The translations under genes were made by a program, and so were the position numbers. DNA of 64,000 nt from Candidatus Heimdallarchaeota archaeon (GTDB lineage: Archaea > Asgardarchaeota > Heimdallarchaeia > Hodarchaeales > Hodarchaeaceae). Below, one piece after another: positions 1 through 11,458 of this stretch. A model generated the notes under the pieces. It was not told where the DNA came from. It worked only from the letters and a program-made list of their open reading frames with translations, and did not search any database. The stretch spans positions 208,930 to 272,929 of the forward strand of contig RDOB01000003.1 of the NCBI GenBank assembly GCA_011364965.1, in the 5' to 3' direction. Position 1 is the stretch's first letter; each line of letters begins with the position of its first letter.

Positions 1-503
1 TACTTGAGAATTTTTTTACTAAATTTTGGACATTAATGCCATTTGATTTCATCTACTCACCCATAATTTCGTTTTTCTTTTCCTTCTAGCAAAATCGCTT
101 TGAAAGAGTGCTCAAAATTTCTAACCCTTTGCTATCCATCAAGAAATTAATATGTTCTTTAAGAAGGAGCGAAAAAGAATTTAGTATTAATGGTAAGGAT
201 TGTGGTAAAAAAATTTTTAAAAAAGTTTTAGTACCGAAAAAAAATTAATAATTATATTTTTGTTAAATTGAGAGCAATAAATTCAAAAAACAGCCAAATG
301 ATCCTAGCTAAATGTTTTTTTCTAGATTTATTTATTAGAAGATAAAAGAGTAATAAGATCAAGATAATTTTTGCATTATCAATGAGAAGAATGGATGAGG
401 GAGAACCGTTTAATCAACAAACTAGATTTTTATGAGAGCAAAATTAACAATTCTAAGTAATTTGGGTTCCTTTTCAGATTTTAAACTCAGGAAGATGAAA
501 ATC

Positions 504-775
504 ATGTCTGCCAATCCCCCGAATGAAATAAATCCAGATTTAAATCTCTCAGATTATAAAATTACTAATAAGGACGCTTCTGGCTTATTATTGCAATTTT
601 AAGTATTTCAAGTCAAATTGCATGGATTGCAGAAAATGCATGGTTCAATGCCTTCGTTTTTGATGCTTTAATACCTGACCCTCAACCTGTTGCAATGATG
701 GTTTTCTTTAATGCGATTACTGCAACTGTCACCATTTATATAATGGGAAGTCTCAGTGATGAAAAATATGAATAA
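504..775 (+). pseudogene. Truncated, frameshifted MFS transporter N-terminal fragment
   Basis: ATG at 504; after a frameshift near 570 the reading gives RFWLIIAILSISSQIAWIAENAWFNAFVFD...MMVFFNAITATVTIYIMGSLSDEKYE*, i.e. MFS TM1-TM2 ending at the GxLSD(R/K) motif A, then a stop. Confidence 0.7.
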
Positions 776-795
776 ATCTCTGTGAATCTTTTGGT

Positions 796-873
796 AAGTC
801 CAGCAAGAATACCGTGATATTCGTAGATTGGCACGTTCCAACTTATTCCTTCTTCTGCTTTTAGAATAGCGAG
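796..873 (-). pseudogene. DUF1801/YdhG-like gene remnant
   Basis: Minus-strand frame reads LAILKAEEGISWNVPIYEYHGILAGL, resembling the AEEGISWxxPxYxYxGxLxGF core of DUF1801; no start and no C-terminal half. Confidence 0.55.
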
Positions 874-919
874 TTATAAAGTAAATATCACCCTGCATAG
901 ATGATTTTATAAACTCAGG

Positions 920-1522
920 ATGAATACTATGATTATGCGCAAGCCATTAATTACTACATTCAAAAAAGAGTTGTCATTAGAACAACGTGAAGAATTACTC
1001 AGAGTATTGAAAGCCCGTTTTGAGGAAAACATGAACCGCCATAAAGGTCTTGAATGGGCAAAAGTACATGCTAAGCTGGAAGCAAATACTGAAAAACTGT
1101 GGTCACTCAATGAAATGGAAAGAACTGGCGGTGAACCAGATGTTGTTGGTTATGATAAAAAAACAAGCGAATACATTTTTTATGATTGTTCTGCGGAAAG
1201 TCCTAAAGGCCGAAGAAATGTTTGTTACGACCGTGAAGGGCAGGAAGCGAAGGAAAAGCGAGGGGTGCATCCAGAAGGTAACGTTATTGATATGGCAACG
1301 ACCATGGGCATTGAGCTTTTAACGGAAGAGCAATATCGAGAGTTGCAGAAACTTGGAAATTTCGATACGAAGACGTCTAGCTGGGTGAAAACACCTTCTG
1401 ATATTAGAAAACTCGGCGGTGCCATCTTTGCTGATCGCCGTTACGGCAATGTCTTCGTGTATCATAACAGTGCGCCTTCTTTCTACGGCGTTAGGGCGTT
1501 CCGTGGTTCGCTAAGGGTTTAA
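920..1522 (+). CDS. DUF4256 family protein
   Basis: LKARFEENMNRH, LWSLNEMERTGGEPDVV, DCSAESPKGRR, FDTKTSSWVKTP, IRKLGGAIFADRRY motifs. Confidence 0.9.
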   Translation: MNTMIMRKPLITTFKKELSLEQREELLRVLKARFEENMNRHKGLEWAKVHAKLEANTEKLWSLNEMERTGGEPDVVGYDKKTSEYIFYDCSAESPKGRRNVCYDREGQEAKEKRGVHPEGNVIDMATTMGIELLTEEQYRELQKLGNFDTKTSSWVKTPSDIRKLGGAIFADRRYGNVFVYHNSAPSFYGVRAFRGSLRV

Positions 1523-1696
1523 ATTTTGTTATCTAATATTTTCAATCCCATTCTTAGTGTATTATTTTCATTGAATATCCTAGAGTAACTTACAATTAAA
1601 AAGTTCACAATAAACTCTATTTTCCAGAAAATCCGATTTATGGAAAATTTATCACTATTTTAAACAATTTATCATTTATTTTGGAAACTCACACTA

Positions 1697-2116
1697 TCAA
1701 TGATTACTAAATTCCAAAGAGAGGGAATTAATGCAGTATCTTAAACCACCCATTTCTTTAGGACCATCATTAAAAACATGTCCAAGATGACCTCCACAGG
1801 TTTTACATAATACTTCTTTTCTGATCATGCCATGGGAAGTGTCTTTTCGGGTGATGACAGTACCTTCCTCATTATTGGCAAAACTTGGCCATCCGCAGTT
1901 CGAATGGAATTTCTGATCTGATTTGAAAAGTACAGTGCCACAACCTCCACATTTATATTCCCCTTGCTCAAAATGATTCCAAAATTTGCCTGAAAAAGCC
2001 TGCTCTGTACCAGATTGTCGTAAAACAAAAAATTGCTCTGGTGCGAGTATTTTTTTCCATTCATCATCAGTTGTTGGGATTTTTTTATCTTTTTTCATTT
2101 CAATTTGATTATTCAT
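1697..2116 (-). CDS. msrB: Peptide-methionine (R)-S-oxide reductase
   Basis: GTEQAFSG, CGWPSF, CGGHLGHVFNDGP, RYCINS motifs. Confidence 0.96.
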   Translation of the reverse strand: MNNQIEMKKDKKIPTTDDEWKKILAPEQFFVLRQSGTEQAFSGKFWNHFEQGEYKCGGCGTVLFKSDQKFHSNCGWPSFANNEEGTVITRKDTSHGMIRKEVLCKTCGGHLGHVFNDGPKEMGGLRYCINSLSLEFSNH

Positions 2117-2132
2117 GGTAAGTGTTTAAATC

Positions 2133-3488
2133 TCACTCTAAATTTCTCGTAGGATTATAATAAAGAATAGGGATTACGCATGGGAAGAGATCTGAGTTAA
2201 TTGAATCACCACTTAGTAGATAAGGAGTATCAACGATATTATCGAAATCTAAATCTGGTTCGGTCCAATCGTTCCAATAATTAAATGAAATATTATTTTT
2301 CAATCCTAAATTGGTCCTATCTAGACCTTGGGATGTTCCAAGTGTCTCTGTTGGGTTGTTACTAATAAAATTATTTCGATAAATGGTATTATTGCTGCTT
2401 AGTTCTAAAAATAATCCTAATTGAACAGAATGAACAACCAAATTTTGGTATATTACACAATCATTCGTGTTTAGAAGAGTGATTCCGCCAATTATGCTTT
2501 GAGAGATTGTATTTGCTATAATGGTACAATTATTAGAGTGTGATTCCAGATAGATTCCAAAATTATTTCCTACAAATTGATTTTCAATTATCGTTACATT
2601 GTGTGAAAAGGAGAGGCCCAAGCCATAAATATCATTAGAAACGTTATTCTGCTTCACCAAGCTGTGAGGGGAATATCTCACGGTAATACCTTGGGTTCCA
2701 AAGCCCTCAATTCGATTAAACGTAATTTTGCTATAGGGTGAATCACTAATGGCGATAGAATGTGCATATTGATTCCTTATTATTGAATTGTTTGTAATAG
2801 TATAGTATGAAGATCGGCCTACCTCGATACCTGCATAAGCGCTTTCATATACAGCATTTAATTGGATAATTGTGCCTTTCGACTCTGTTGTGTAAATACC
2901 ATAATGTCCACTATAATTTACTGTATTTGATTGGATTATACAATTATTAGATTTTAAATGAACAGAAATTGCATCTTGTCCTGTATGTACAACTGTATTT
3001 TTACTTAAATTGCAATTTGGAGAATTCTCTATCCAAATCCCCACTTTTCTAGTATTTGAAACAGAGTTATGAGTAATCAATCCCTCATTCACTTGACTAA
3101 AAAAAATCCCATTTTCACTAGCACCTTGTATAGAGTTTGCTTTGACTTCAACATTTGAAACATTCAATAGATATAAGCCATATGAACCATTAGTTAGAAT
3201 ATTTCCTTCAACACGAAAATAAACCCGTGTGTGCTGAATATCAATTAACTTTCCAGACGGTGCGGATAAATTCAAACCCATAATTATATATGGGGTTTCT
3301 TTTGAGCCACTACCAAGCCACTCTTCTTCCAGAGCAACTGATTTAAATTCATTATCCCCCCTTATTGAAATCTGGTCTTGAACTGTTGCATCGCTATCAG
3401 GCAAAGATATTAAAAAAATTATGAGTCCAACAGACATCGTCATTAGTAATATTATACCGATTCCAATTTGAATTTTTCTAAAAATCAT
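2133..3488 (-). CDS. Membrane-anchored right-handed beta-helix (NosD/CASH-like) surface protein
   Basis: N-terminal TM helix, GSGSKETPYII motif, many N-x-I-x-x-N/GIxL repeats, C-terminal NYWNDW...D-x-FP. Confidence 0.85.
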   Translation of the reverse strand: MIFRKIQIGIGIILLMTMSVGLIIFLISLPDSDATVQDQISIRGDNEFKSVALEEEWLGSGSKETPYIIMGLNLSAPSGKLIDIQHTRVYFRVEGNILTNGSYGLYLLNVSNVEVKANSIQGASENGIFFSQVNEGLITHNSVSNTRKVGIWIENSPNCNLSKNTVVHTGQDAISVHLKSNNCIIQSNTVNYSGHYGIYTTESKGTIIQLNAVYESAYAGIEVGRSSYYTITNNSIIRNQYAHSIAISDSPYSKITFNRIEGFGTQGITVRYSPHSLVKQNNVSNDIYGLGLSFSHNVTIIENQFVGNNFGIYLESHSNNCTIIANTISQSIIGGITLLNTNDCVIYQNLVVHSVQLGLFLELSSNNTIYRNNFISNNPTETLGTSQGLDRTNLGLKNNISFNYWNDWTEPDLDFDNIVDTPYLLSGDSINSDLFPCVIPILYYNPTRNLE

Positions 3489-3776
3489 GTTTACTCTTCT
3501 TCTATTTATAATTTGGATTTTAAAAAATAAATCCTTTGTATAGGAGATAAGAAAATAAACTCTAACTTATTTTTAAATTCCTTTCATGTCTTTGGATAAA
3601 TATTTAACAATTTATGAAATTTAGAAAGGAATCTTTAATTAAAAAAGCTATGATGATTGTATATTGCTAGGAATGTTTTTATTTTAAATGAGGATTGCAT
3701 AGAGAATCCATATTTCATGGATTAATGAATAAAGGTGAACAAGATGGATACTATTGGAGGAGACTCCTCCAATTCT

Positions 3777-4802
3777 TTACCACCGCCAAAATATGTCTTC
3801 AGCATGGCCAAGCAAATTAGAAATTTGGATTTTTTCACCATCATCGAGAACTACTTCTCCGTGATACAAACCATGCAGGATTGACGAATTCAAGTAAATA
3901 ATCCCAAAATTCAATTTCTCACGGAAAGGGAGAATGGGAGACAACTCCATTTCAAATCGATTGTCATTTGAAGTAAATGTCCACGATTGAGTAGGATCGC
4001 GATTTTGATGGTGAAAAGTTACTTCATCGAGTTTATGGGCTTTACCATCGTAAAAAATTATGTTTTCGGTATGTGTTGATAAATCTCCAAATCCATAGCC
4101 AATATTAAATGCAACTGGAACCCCATCTAGTAATCCACAAGCAGAACCCCATAACCAGTGAGTTTTATAAGGCCAAATCCCTCGGCCCCAATCCATTAAG
4201 CCGAAAGAGGATTCGGGTTCAAATGAATATTCTTGGTTTCCTATTTGAAGAGTTCCTGTGGCTGGCATGAAATTAATTTTGTGATTATAATAAAATAGAC
4301 GTGAATCTTGTTCATATCCAGTTACAACAACCGTATTATCCATCTGAGGCTTATCAGTGAGAGTAATATTCCCTTTTATGCCTTTCTTTCGGAAAGTAGG
4401 ATCATCAATTGATAAAATTCTTTGATTACCTCTTTTTTCAATAGTAGCTTGAAATTTATTTGTGGGAAATTCTACAATACTATCATCAAGAGAACTACGA
4501 GGCAGTAATTTAGAAAGAGTAAAGAATTTGAATATACCTCTTCCATCTCGCTCTTTATGTTTGAAATCTAACCAAACATAACTCATCTGCGTAAGATATC
4601 CTATGTCTCCAATTGTGAGTTGGAATCCAAAATCCTTGTTTAAAATCGAATAGTGATCCCATTCTTTAATTCGAGTCCATTTTTTCCCAATGTTTTCTTT
4701 ATTATACTTTAAGATAGGCTTTCTAGCCCATCCACGTTGTAATAGTGATCCATCTTCTTTAAAAAGGTTCGAACTTTCGATTATCTCATTTTGCAGTCCC
4801 AT
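3777..4802 (-). CDS. DUF2804 family protein
   Basis: GWARKP, RIKEWDHY, DWGRGIWPYKTHWLW, NIGYGFGD, TEN motifs. Confidence 0.85.
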   Translation of the reverse strand: MGLQNEIIESSNLFKEDGSLLQRGWARKPILKYNKENIGKKWTRIKEWDHYSILNKDFGFQLTIGDIGYLTQMSYVWLDFKHKERDGRGIFKFFTLSKLLPRSSLDDSIVEFPTNKFQATIEKRGNQRILSIDDPTFRKKGIKGNITLTDKPQMDNTVVVTGYEQDSRLFYYNHKINFMPATGTLQIGNQEYSFEPESSFGLMDWGRGIWPYKTHWLWGSACGLLDGVPVAFNIGYGFGDLSTHTENIIFYDGKAHKLDEVTFHHQNRDPTQSWTFTSNDNRFEMELSPILPFREKLNFGIIYLNSSILHGLYHGEVVLDDGEKIQISNLLGHAEDIFWRW

Positions 4803-4838
4803 ATATACTTCCTCAAAATTGGTGATTGTTTCTGATAT

Positions 4839-5051
4839 TCAGTCCATATCTAATAGTTCAGATTTAATTTTAGAAAATGATCCTTTTATCTCTCTTTGCC
4901 AAGCTGGTAACTTTACCCTTTCATCAAAAAATGCTCGTTGGAAGACTCCTTCTATGAATCCGATTCTCTCTTCACCGTAACCCAATTGTAGCAAATAGTG
5001 TAAAAACTCTAGAAAAAATGGGTTAAATTTGACTGAGTGTGTTTTGGTCAA
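4839..5051 (-). CDS. Small hypothetical protein (70 aa)
   Basis: TTG start preceded by a GAGGT Shine-Dalgarno-like site; co-oriented directly upstream of the DUF2804 gene. Confidence 0.5.
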   Translation of the reverse strand: MTKTHSVKFNPFFLEFLHYLLQLGYGEERIGFIEGVFQRAFFDERVKLPAWQREIKGSFSKIKSELLDMD

Positions 5052-5517
5052 AAGGATCTACCTCAAAACAAAGATTTCTAGTTTCATCTAGAGGAGAAAA
5101 TTAGAACTGATGAAAACGAAGAATATTAAAAAGGTGTTGAATAAGAACGCGAAGAATCAATTCTTCATATATTAGATAGGAGGATCATCATGAGTACCTA
5201 CAACTTGGAGTTTAAATTTTTATAAAGGGGGAACTAGAAAAATAAACACTAGCCTAAATGCAGCTGTAAAACTAGCTACTCAAAAATTTGAATCTATTAG
5301 TTAAATTCCACCATTAAATAGATTTGAAACTCTGCCAGTAAAATATTTTCACAATTAATAGATTTTCTCATATCGTGTAAAGGATGTTTTCTTTATTAAA
5401 TTTTTGAAGGTTTAATCTTTATCCTCATCAAGATTACTTCTAGACTTGGGATTGAATAATCTCATCCCTTTTTTAGGGTTAAATACACTAAGTAGATAGA
5501 TAAATAACATCCAAATA

Positions 5518-5715
5518 TTATATCTTAAGTAGTGTGATTGGACCATCATATTTAAGAATCCGTGTGAGAATTTCATCAAAATTAAAGGAATTAGGATCAT
5601 TTTTATATATGAATTCATCATTAGATTTAAAAAAACAGCTCTCTGAAAAACACAAGGTTACTCCTGTTATATCATCAGAGATTTGTTCAGGAATGCAATA
5701 TGCAGGTTGACTCAT
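5518..5715 (-). other. Short ORF or degraded gene of unknown function
   Basis: AGGTGA RBS-like site before the ATG; 65 aa with an overlapping ORF in another frame; no family recognised. Confidence 0.3.
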
Positions 5716-6110
5716 TAGCGATTATCACCTTTTTTTTAGTAATTTCTCTTCTTTCTTATAATTTTTGAACCGAGAGGTAGATTTCTAAGAATTATTGCAG
5801 TTATCAATAAAAATATGAAATCTAATGTGCTGAAAACCGTTCAAATGCTTTAGAATATAAGGAGGATGGAAAAGGAACAAATAATGTTTCTTTTTTTGCT
5901 TTATATATCAATAGTTTTGATTATTAGAAATTTTTAACTCTTAATATGTTACATTTGACTTCCTAATACTCATGTACGTCTAATTTCCTAAAGATTATAA
6001 TCAATTTCCTCAATCACAATTCTGTAGAATATATAAATAGACTGAATAGAATGCCCTGATTTAGCCTATAAAAGCTTTGATACGTTTTTCGGTCCATAAG
6101 AGGAATTATT

Positions 6111-6797
6111 ATGAGTGAAGTATTAATAAAAACTGATTTTTTGGGAAAAGATTATGTTACAGGTGAAGTTACCGTCAATGCTCTAAAAGAAGTCAATTTG
6201 AGTGTAGAGAAAGGAAAATTTGTTGTAATCATTGGACCTTCTGGATGTGGGAAAACAACCTTGTTAAACCTAATTGGTGGAATTGATAGACCTTCAGAAG
6301 GATCGATAACTGTCGGTGCTAAAGTGATAACCAATATGTCTGAAAAAGAGTTGACTGGATTTCGGAAAGAAGATATAGGTTTTATTTTTCAATTTTATAA
6401 TTTAATTCCTGCACTAAATGCTCTGGAAAATGTTGAATTATCAGCTAGACTGAAATTTCCCAAGGATGCATATGAAAGATCTCTCGAAATGCTTAAAAGA
6501 GTAGGATTGGAAGAAAAAATCAATAAATACCCATCTCAACTTTCAGGTGGTGAGCAGCAACGAGTTGCTATTGCTCGTGCTTTAGCCAAAGAACCAAAAG
6601 TTGTATTAGCCGATGAACCAACTGGAAATCTTGATTCTAAAACAGGTAAGGCAATTATTAATTTAATGTTGGATATATGCAGAAATCAGAAAACAACATT
6701 CTTAATTGTAACCCACGATGTGTCAATTTCGGAACTCGCGGATCAGATAGTTCATTTACAGGATGGGCAAGTTATCAAAACTTCAGCTATCTTTTAG
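6111..6797 (+). CDS. ABC transporter ATP-binding protein (LolD/MacB type)
   Basis: [41 protein letters not shown]. Confidence 0.95.
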   Translation: MSEVLIKTDFLGKDYVTGEVTVNALKEVNLSVEKGKFVVIIGPSGCGKTTLLNLIGGIDRPSEGSITVGAKVITNMSEKELTGFRKEDIGFIFQFYNLIPALNALENVELSARLKFPKDAYERSLEMLKRVGLEEKINKYPSQLSGGEQQRVAIARALAKEPKVVLADEPTGNLDSKTGKAIINLMLDICRNQKTTFLIVTHDVSISELADQIVHLQDGQVIKTSAIF

Positions 6798-6817
6798 GAT
6801 CCAAATAAGGTGGTTAT

Positions 6818-9256
6818 ATGACACGTACACGATTCTTATCACTAAAGAAAGTTTATCGAGATATTTTTCGGCACAAAAGTCGTACTTTTCCTATACTTCT
6901 ATTAATAGTATTTGGAACTGCTTTTGGCATTGCATTCCTCCAAATGGGTGTAAATTTAAAATTAACAAATGATTCAATTAATGAATCAATGGAAATGGGA
7001 GATATCTGGTTTGGGACGCGTCCATTTGATAATAGTGTTTTCAATGCAACCTTAATTGATAAATGGAATCAAACAGGGTTTATTGAAGCTGTACAGGCAC
7101 GGATATTTATTACTGGATATGTTTTGCTTCCTGATGATGTTAAAATTCCTGTTGATATCATTTCTCTACCCAATTCGACTAGAGCTGCTGTTAATGATAT
7201 AATAATACCTGAAAACACCTATTTTACGAATTTTCCTGAAATAAAAGATGGAGCATATGTTTCTGAACCCTATCTTCCTCAATTCGGTTGGAAGCAAGAT
7301 CAAACACTTCAAATTCAAACAACAAGTGATGGGAATTTGAAAAATTTCACTCTCACAATACTCGGAGGACAATTTAGTGCAGAATATCCATTCAGGAAAA
7401 GTGATTACTCTAAACTTAATTTAATCTCCGATCTTATTATTAAACTCAACATCTATGTTCGTGAGGATTATCTCCAACAAGAATTGTTTAATGGTCTTCC
7501 AGTTTATAACCAAATTGTTTTAAAGCTAAAAGACTCAAACAAGATCCAATCTATCGTTGAAGAAGTATCTGCATCCAGATTTTCAAAAGAATATATTTTC
7601 ACAGTATCAGAGTTTCCACGATTTCTCAAAGATATGCCCACAATGATCGAGTTAATAGGTTCTGTGTTTGCTGGATTTATTCTTTTGTTAGCTTCCTTTT
7701 CAATATATTTAACGGTGAATCGATTTATAGAAGAAGAGAAACCTCAAATTGGAGTCTTAAAAGGACTGGGATATGGAAATGAATATGTTCTACGACAATA
7801 TCTTCTTTACGGAGTTTTTTTCGCAATAATTGGTATAATTCCTGGAATTATTCTTGGATATATCTTAGACTTAGTAATTGTTCTAATGATCTCTGAAATC
7901 ATGTTTTCCTGGCCTTTTACTGTCCAAATAGTTACGCTGGAGTTTATTTTAATAATGCTAATCTCAGTTTCCATTACAACAACACTCGCTTGTTTTCTAT
8001 CAGCCCGTACTGCAGTTAAAATTTCTCCCCAAGCAGCAATAAGACCAAATATTTCACTTACTCTGAGCTCGAAATCTAAGATCGAGAGAATACTTGAATT
8101 GATTTCCCGAAAGCGACTACTTCCTGAAATAAAGTATTTCTTACGTGTTGTCTTTCAAAAACCCAAGAAAACTATTTTTTCACTTACAGCACTGAGTAGT
8201 GCAGTTGCTTTATTTGTCATGATGACCAGTTTCGTAGTTGCGATAAACAGCGGAACAGATGCAGTATTAGAAGCTGAATTATGGGATTTGAATTTTGAGC
8301 TCTCTCGTCCAGTAAGCTTCCAAAATGTTAAAAATAATTTAATGAGCAATGTAACCTTAACTGATTTTGATATTGAGCCAGCATTCACAGATTTTGCGAA
8401 AATTAAGGTAGAAAAAGACTTGGAAATTTGGACTAATATCATATTCTATGGTATTCGGACAAATACCTCTATGAAAGATTTTGAGAGGAATTTATTCTCT
8501 CAAAATAATTCACTGATTATATCACCCGATATAGCAAAAATATTCAATATTGAAGAAGGAGAATCCTATTCACTAATTGGACGCAATAATACAGAGGTTA
8601 CAATAGTAGTACAGACAATACTGACTAAAAATTCCTTATCGGGCTTTTTTGTTCCTCTAGAGTTAGCCATGATTTTATCATTTGGAGATTTGAGCTTAGA
8701 ACAAGCAAATATTTTATTAGTAGCCTCTGATAATCCAGCTGCTCTTTCAGAGGTGAAAGATATATTAGAGGAAGAGGATTACGTTCAGAACGTGATCACC
8801 GTAGATTCTTTAGTGGCATCTATTCGCTCATTCATTGATATAATGATCATTGGCTTTCTACTATTTGAATTCGGAGCTGCACTAATGGCTGCTATTATTA
8901 TATTTGGGATTATGTCTATAGCCACAGCAGAGAGGAAGAATGATTTTGCTGTAATGAAAGCACTGGGTATTAATAACAAGCGTATATATCAAATATCATT
9001 TACTGAAACTTCAGTCTTAACTATTATAGCAGGAGTAGTTGGATTCATTTTAGGGATCTTATTAGCTATCACTCTTACTGAGTGGATTAAAAACATACTC
9101 TCAACGACAATGGCGCCTATTTCCACTTCAATAGTAGATTTCATCATAGCTCTCATTTTTGCTTCCGTTACGCTTTACTTAGGGCAATTCATGGCTCTTA
9201 GAATCGCCTTGAAACAAAGTATTTCAGAAGTTACGAAGGATAAACTCTTTGCTTAG
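6818..9256 (+). CDS. ABC transporter permease (FtsX/MacB-like, duplicated)
   Basis: Two FtsX-type repeats (QIGVLKGLGY; DFAVMKALG), about 8 TM helices, directly downstream of the ATPase. Confidence 0.9.
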   Translation: MTRTRFLSLKKVYRDIFRHKSRTFPILLLIVFGTAFGIAFLQMGVNLKLTNDSINESMEMGDIWFGTRPFDNSVFNATLIDKWNQTGFIEAVQARIFITGYVLLPDDVKIPVDIISLPNSTRAAVNDIIIPENTYFTNFPEIKDGAYVSEPYLPQFGWKQDQTLQIQTTSDGNLKNFTLTILGGQFSAEYPFRKSDYSKLNLISDLIIKLNIYVREDYLQQELFNGLPVYNQIVLKLKDSNKIQSIVEEVSASRFSKEYIFTVSEFPRFLKDMPTMIELIGSVFAGFILLLASFSIYLTVNRFIEEEKPQIGVLKGLGYGNEYVLRQYLLYGVFFAIIGIIPGIILGYILDLVIVLMISEIMFSWPFTVQIVTLEFILIMLISVSITTTLACFLSARTAVKISPQAAIRPNISLTLSSKSKIERILELISRKRLLPEIKYFLRVVFQKPKKTIFSLTALSSAVALFVMMTSFVVAINSGTDAVLEAELWDLNFELSRPVSFQNVKNNLMSNVTLTDFDIEPAFTDFAKIKVEKDLEIWTNIIFYGIRTNTSMKDFERNLFSQNNSLIISPDIAKIFNIEEGESYSLIGRNNTEVTIVVQTILTKNSLSGFFVPLELAMILSFGDLSLEQANILLVASDNPAALSEVKDILEEEDYVQNVITVDSLVASIRSFIDIMIIGFLLFEFGAALMAAIIIFGIMSIATAERKNDFAVMKALGINNKRIYQISFTETSVLTIIAGVVGFILGILLAITLTEWIKNILSTTMAPISTSIVDFIIALIFASVTLYLGQFMALRIALKQSISEVTKDKLFA

Positions 9257-9323
9257 AAAAAATCTTCTATGATATCCATAGACCTTTAAAAAAGATTTGA
9301 AATTTCAAATCCACCTCGAATTA

Positions 9324-10697
9324 TTAATGTTTTATATTATTAGTTGGAGTAGCTAGGATATTATAATCGGAATAGATATATATTAACCCTTTAGGATTTT
9401 CCTGGATAAATTTATCCACAAAATTTCTTAAAGTTAGTTGAGGGTCGAAACCAGCCTTCAATGGTTGAACACGAAAAATATCTTTGAGTAAAGATGAATT
9501 CATTTCAGAATAAACGTATAGTTGACCTTTGGTCAGTTGCAGTACTCGGAATATGTCTACTGCGTTTTGTATCCCAATTTCAAACGTGGTTGAGCTACAT
9601 TTTTCTTTAATAATCCATTGCATAGCTTCTAAATACGGCTTGTTTTGGACTTCTCGCATGGTATTAAGATAGTCTTGGGGCCCAACTCCCTCAACACATC
9701 CTGCAAGGAGAACAATGCATCCACCCTCTTTAACTGCATGACTAGCAGCATTAATGCCTTTTCCTGCTTGATAGAAATTGATTGATGGCTTTGATATTAT
9801 TACAAGATCAGCTTTTTCCGAAATCTGCACATCACGTATTATGGACAAGGCTTCTAATGCATTATCATGAATGGCAATAGGATTTCCAGCCTTAATACTG
9901 ATAAAATTTCCAGATTCCATGATAGAATCAATAACAAAAACAGAATGTCCTACTGATTCCAATTTCAATACAATATCTCTAATATCTTCTATGCAAATAT
10001 TCTCCTTAATATTCCCCATTCGGCATTCAGATTTAAATCCAGTTGTCATATCAAATATTCGTGAGTGATTGACCCGAACAGTGTTTCTTGAGCTCACTCC
10101 AGGCACAAAGAGTTTTACACTTCCTGCTACTCCAGCAAAATAATGATATTCACTATCGCTTAGGGGAATGATAATACTACTATCTAATGCTCGTTTATCT
10201 ATCTGAATAGGAGTTTCATGTGAAGAAAAACCCATTTGAATATGATTTATCATGTCATCACAGTTGTGAACCCAGATTTTATCCTTCCATCTATCAAATA
10301 ATGCCCCCAATATATGAGATCGAATCCGAGTGTCTGTTGGAGGAGTATGAGTCCCAGTGGCTATTAGTAGCCATATATCTTGTTTATCTACTCCGTAACC
10401 TAAAAGAGCTTTCTCTAAATATGGGAGAAGAGCTCTTGTGTGTATATTTGGACGCGTGTTATCATCAATTAAAATCACAATGGGTTTCTTAGTTTTACGA
10501 TATTTTAAATGAACAAGTTCTTTAAGATTAGGAGAATCTATGGCATTTTCTATTGCATGTTTAAATGCTAAAGGAAGATTATTTAAAGGAGCAACTCTGG
10601 GAATTTTCAGATATTTATAGTTGGCATTCCGAGGAATAAAATGTGAAATTTGTGTTGCCTCGTAATAAATTGGAGTATCTGCAAAATTTTTTATCAT
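9324..10697 (-). CDS. larA: Lactate racemase LarA family (nickel-pincer nucleotide-dependent racemase/epimerase)
   Basis: DDNTRP, IATGTH, VHNCD, HYFAGVAGSVKLFVPGV, NFYQAGKG, CVEGVG. Confidence 0.85.
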   Translation of the reverse strand: MIKNFADTPIYYEATQISHFIPRNANYKYLKIPRVAPLNNLPLAFKHAIENAIDSPNLKELVHLKYRKTKKPIVILIDDNTRPNIHTRALLPYLEKALLGYGVDKQDIWLLIATGTHTPPTDTRIRSHILGALFDRWKDKIWVHNCDDMINHIQMGFSSHETPIQIDKRALDSSIIIPLSDSEYHYFAGVAGSVKLFVPGVSSRNTVRVNHSRIFDMTTGFKSECRMGNIKENICIEDIRDIVLKLESVGHSVFVIDSIMESGNFISIKAGNPIAIHDNALEALSIIRDVQISEKADLVIISKPSINFYQAGKGINAASHAVKEGGCIVLLAGCVEGVGPQDYLNTMREVQNKPYLEAMQWIIKEKCSSTTFEIGIQNAVDIFRVLQLTKGQLYVYSEMNSSLLKDIFRVQPLKAGFDPQLTLRNFVDKFIQENPKGLIYIYSDYNILATPTNNIKH

Positions 10698-10813
10698 ACT
10701 AAACCGACAACCGAATAAAATTCCTAAAAGTTTTAAGATTTATTTATACACGTCTCTAAGGCACTAAATTAGAAACAGCATTCTGAAATAAGTGGATCCA
10801 TTATGAATTTAAC

Positions 10814-11386
10814 GTGGGAAAAAGAATGGTACGAGCTTTTATTTGTGTGGAAATTACAGATAAAGAAGTTTTGACTGTAATAGGAAATATTATTACTCAA
10901 TTAAAAAGAATTCAAGGTGTTAAACCAGTAAAACCAAATCAAATGCATTTAACTTTAAAATTCCTAGATGAGATCACAGAAAAGCAGATTCATCAAATCA
11001 AAGAAATTCTAAATTCATGGCAAGATGAGAAGTTTGAGCTTTCACTTGAAGGGATTGGATGTTTTCCAAGTCTAAAAAGAATAAGAGTGATCTGGATTGG
11101 AATTAAAGAGGGTAAAGACACTTTGATTCGATTTGCAACAAAAATTGATTCAGAATTGGGAAAAATCGGATTCCCAAGAGAAACACGGTCTTTTACTCCT
11201 CATTTAACTCTGGCACGTATCAAATATTTAAAGAATCATGACAAACAGGGATTAATTAGATTGATTCAAGAATTTGAACAGATAAACGCTGGAAAACAAA
11301 TTATTCAGAAGATTATCTTGATGAAAAGCACCCTCACTCCGAGTGGGGCTATATACGAAGTTCTTCATTCAGTATCCTTAAGTTAA
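10814..11386 (+). CDS. thpR: RNA 2',3'-cyclic phosphodiesterase (2'-5' RNA ligase)
   Basis: RAFICVE N-terminus; two HxT motifs (HLTLKF, PHLTLAR); SxLTPSGAIY. Confidence 0.93.
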   Translation: MGKRMVRAFICVEITDKEVLTVIGNIITQLKRIQGVKPVKPNQMHLTLKFLDEITEKQIHQIKEILNSWQDEKFELSLEGIGCFPSLKRIRVIWIGIKEGKDTLIRFATKIDSELGKIGFPRETRSFTPHLTLARIKYLKNHDKQGLIRLIQEFEQINAGKQIIQKIILMKSTLTPSGAIYEVLHSVSLS

Positions 11387-11458
11387 AATTATGAATATAG
11401 TCCACTCTCTGAAAAATGCTTGAAAGAGTATGAATCCCGTATTGGATCACTTAAAAAT

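Noticed and set aside
668-898. 76-aa minus-strand ORF as a real gene
   Set aside because: It overlaps two better-supported remnants in other frames (MFS and DUF1801).
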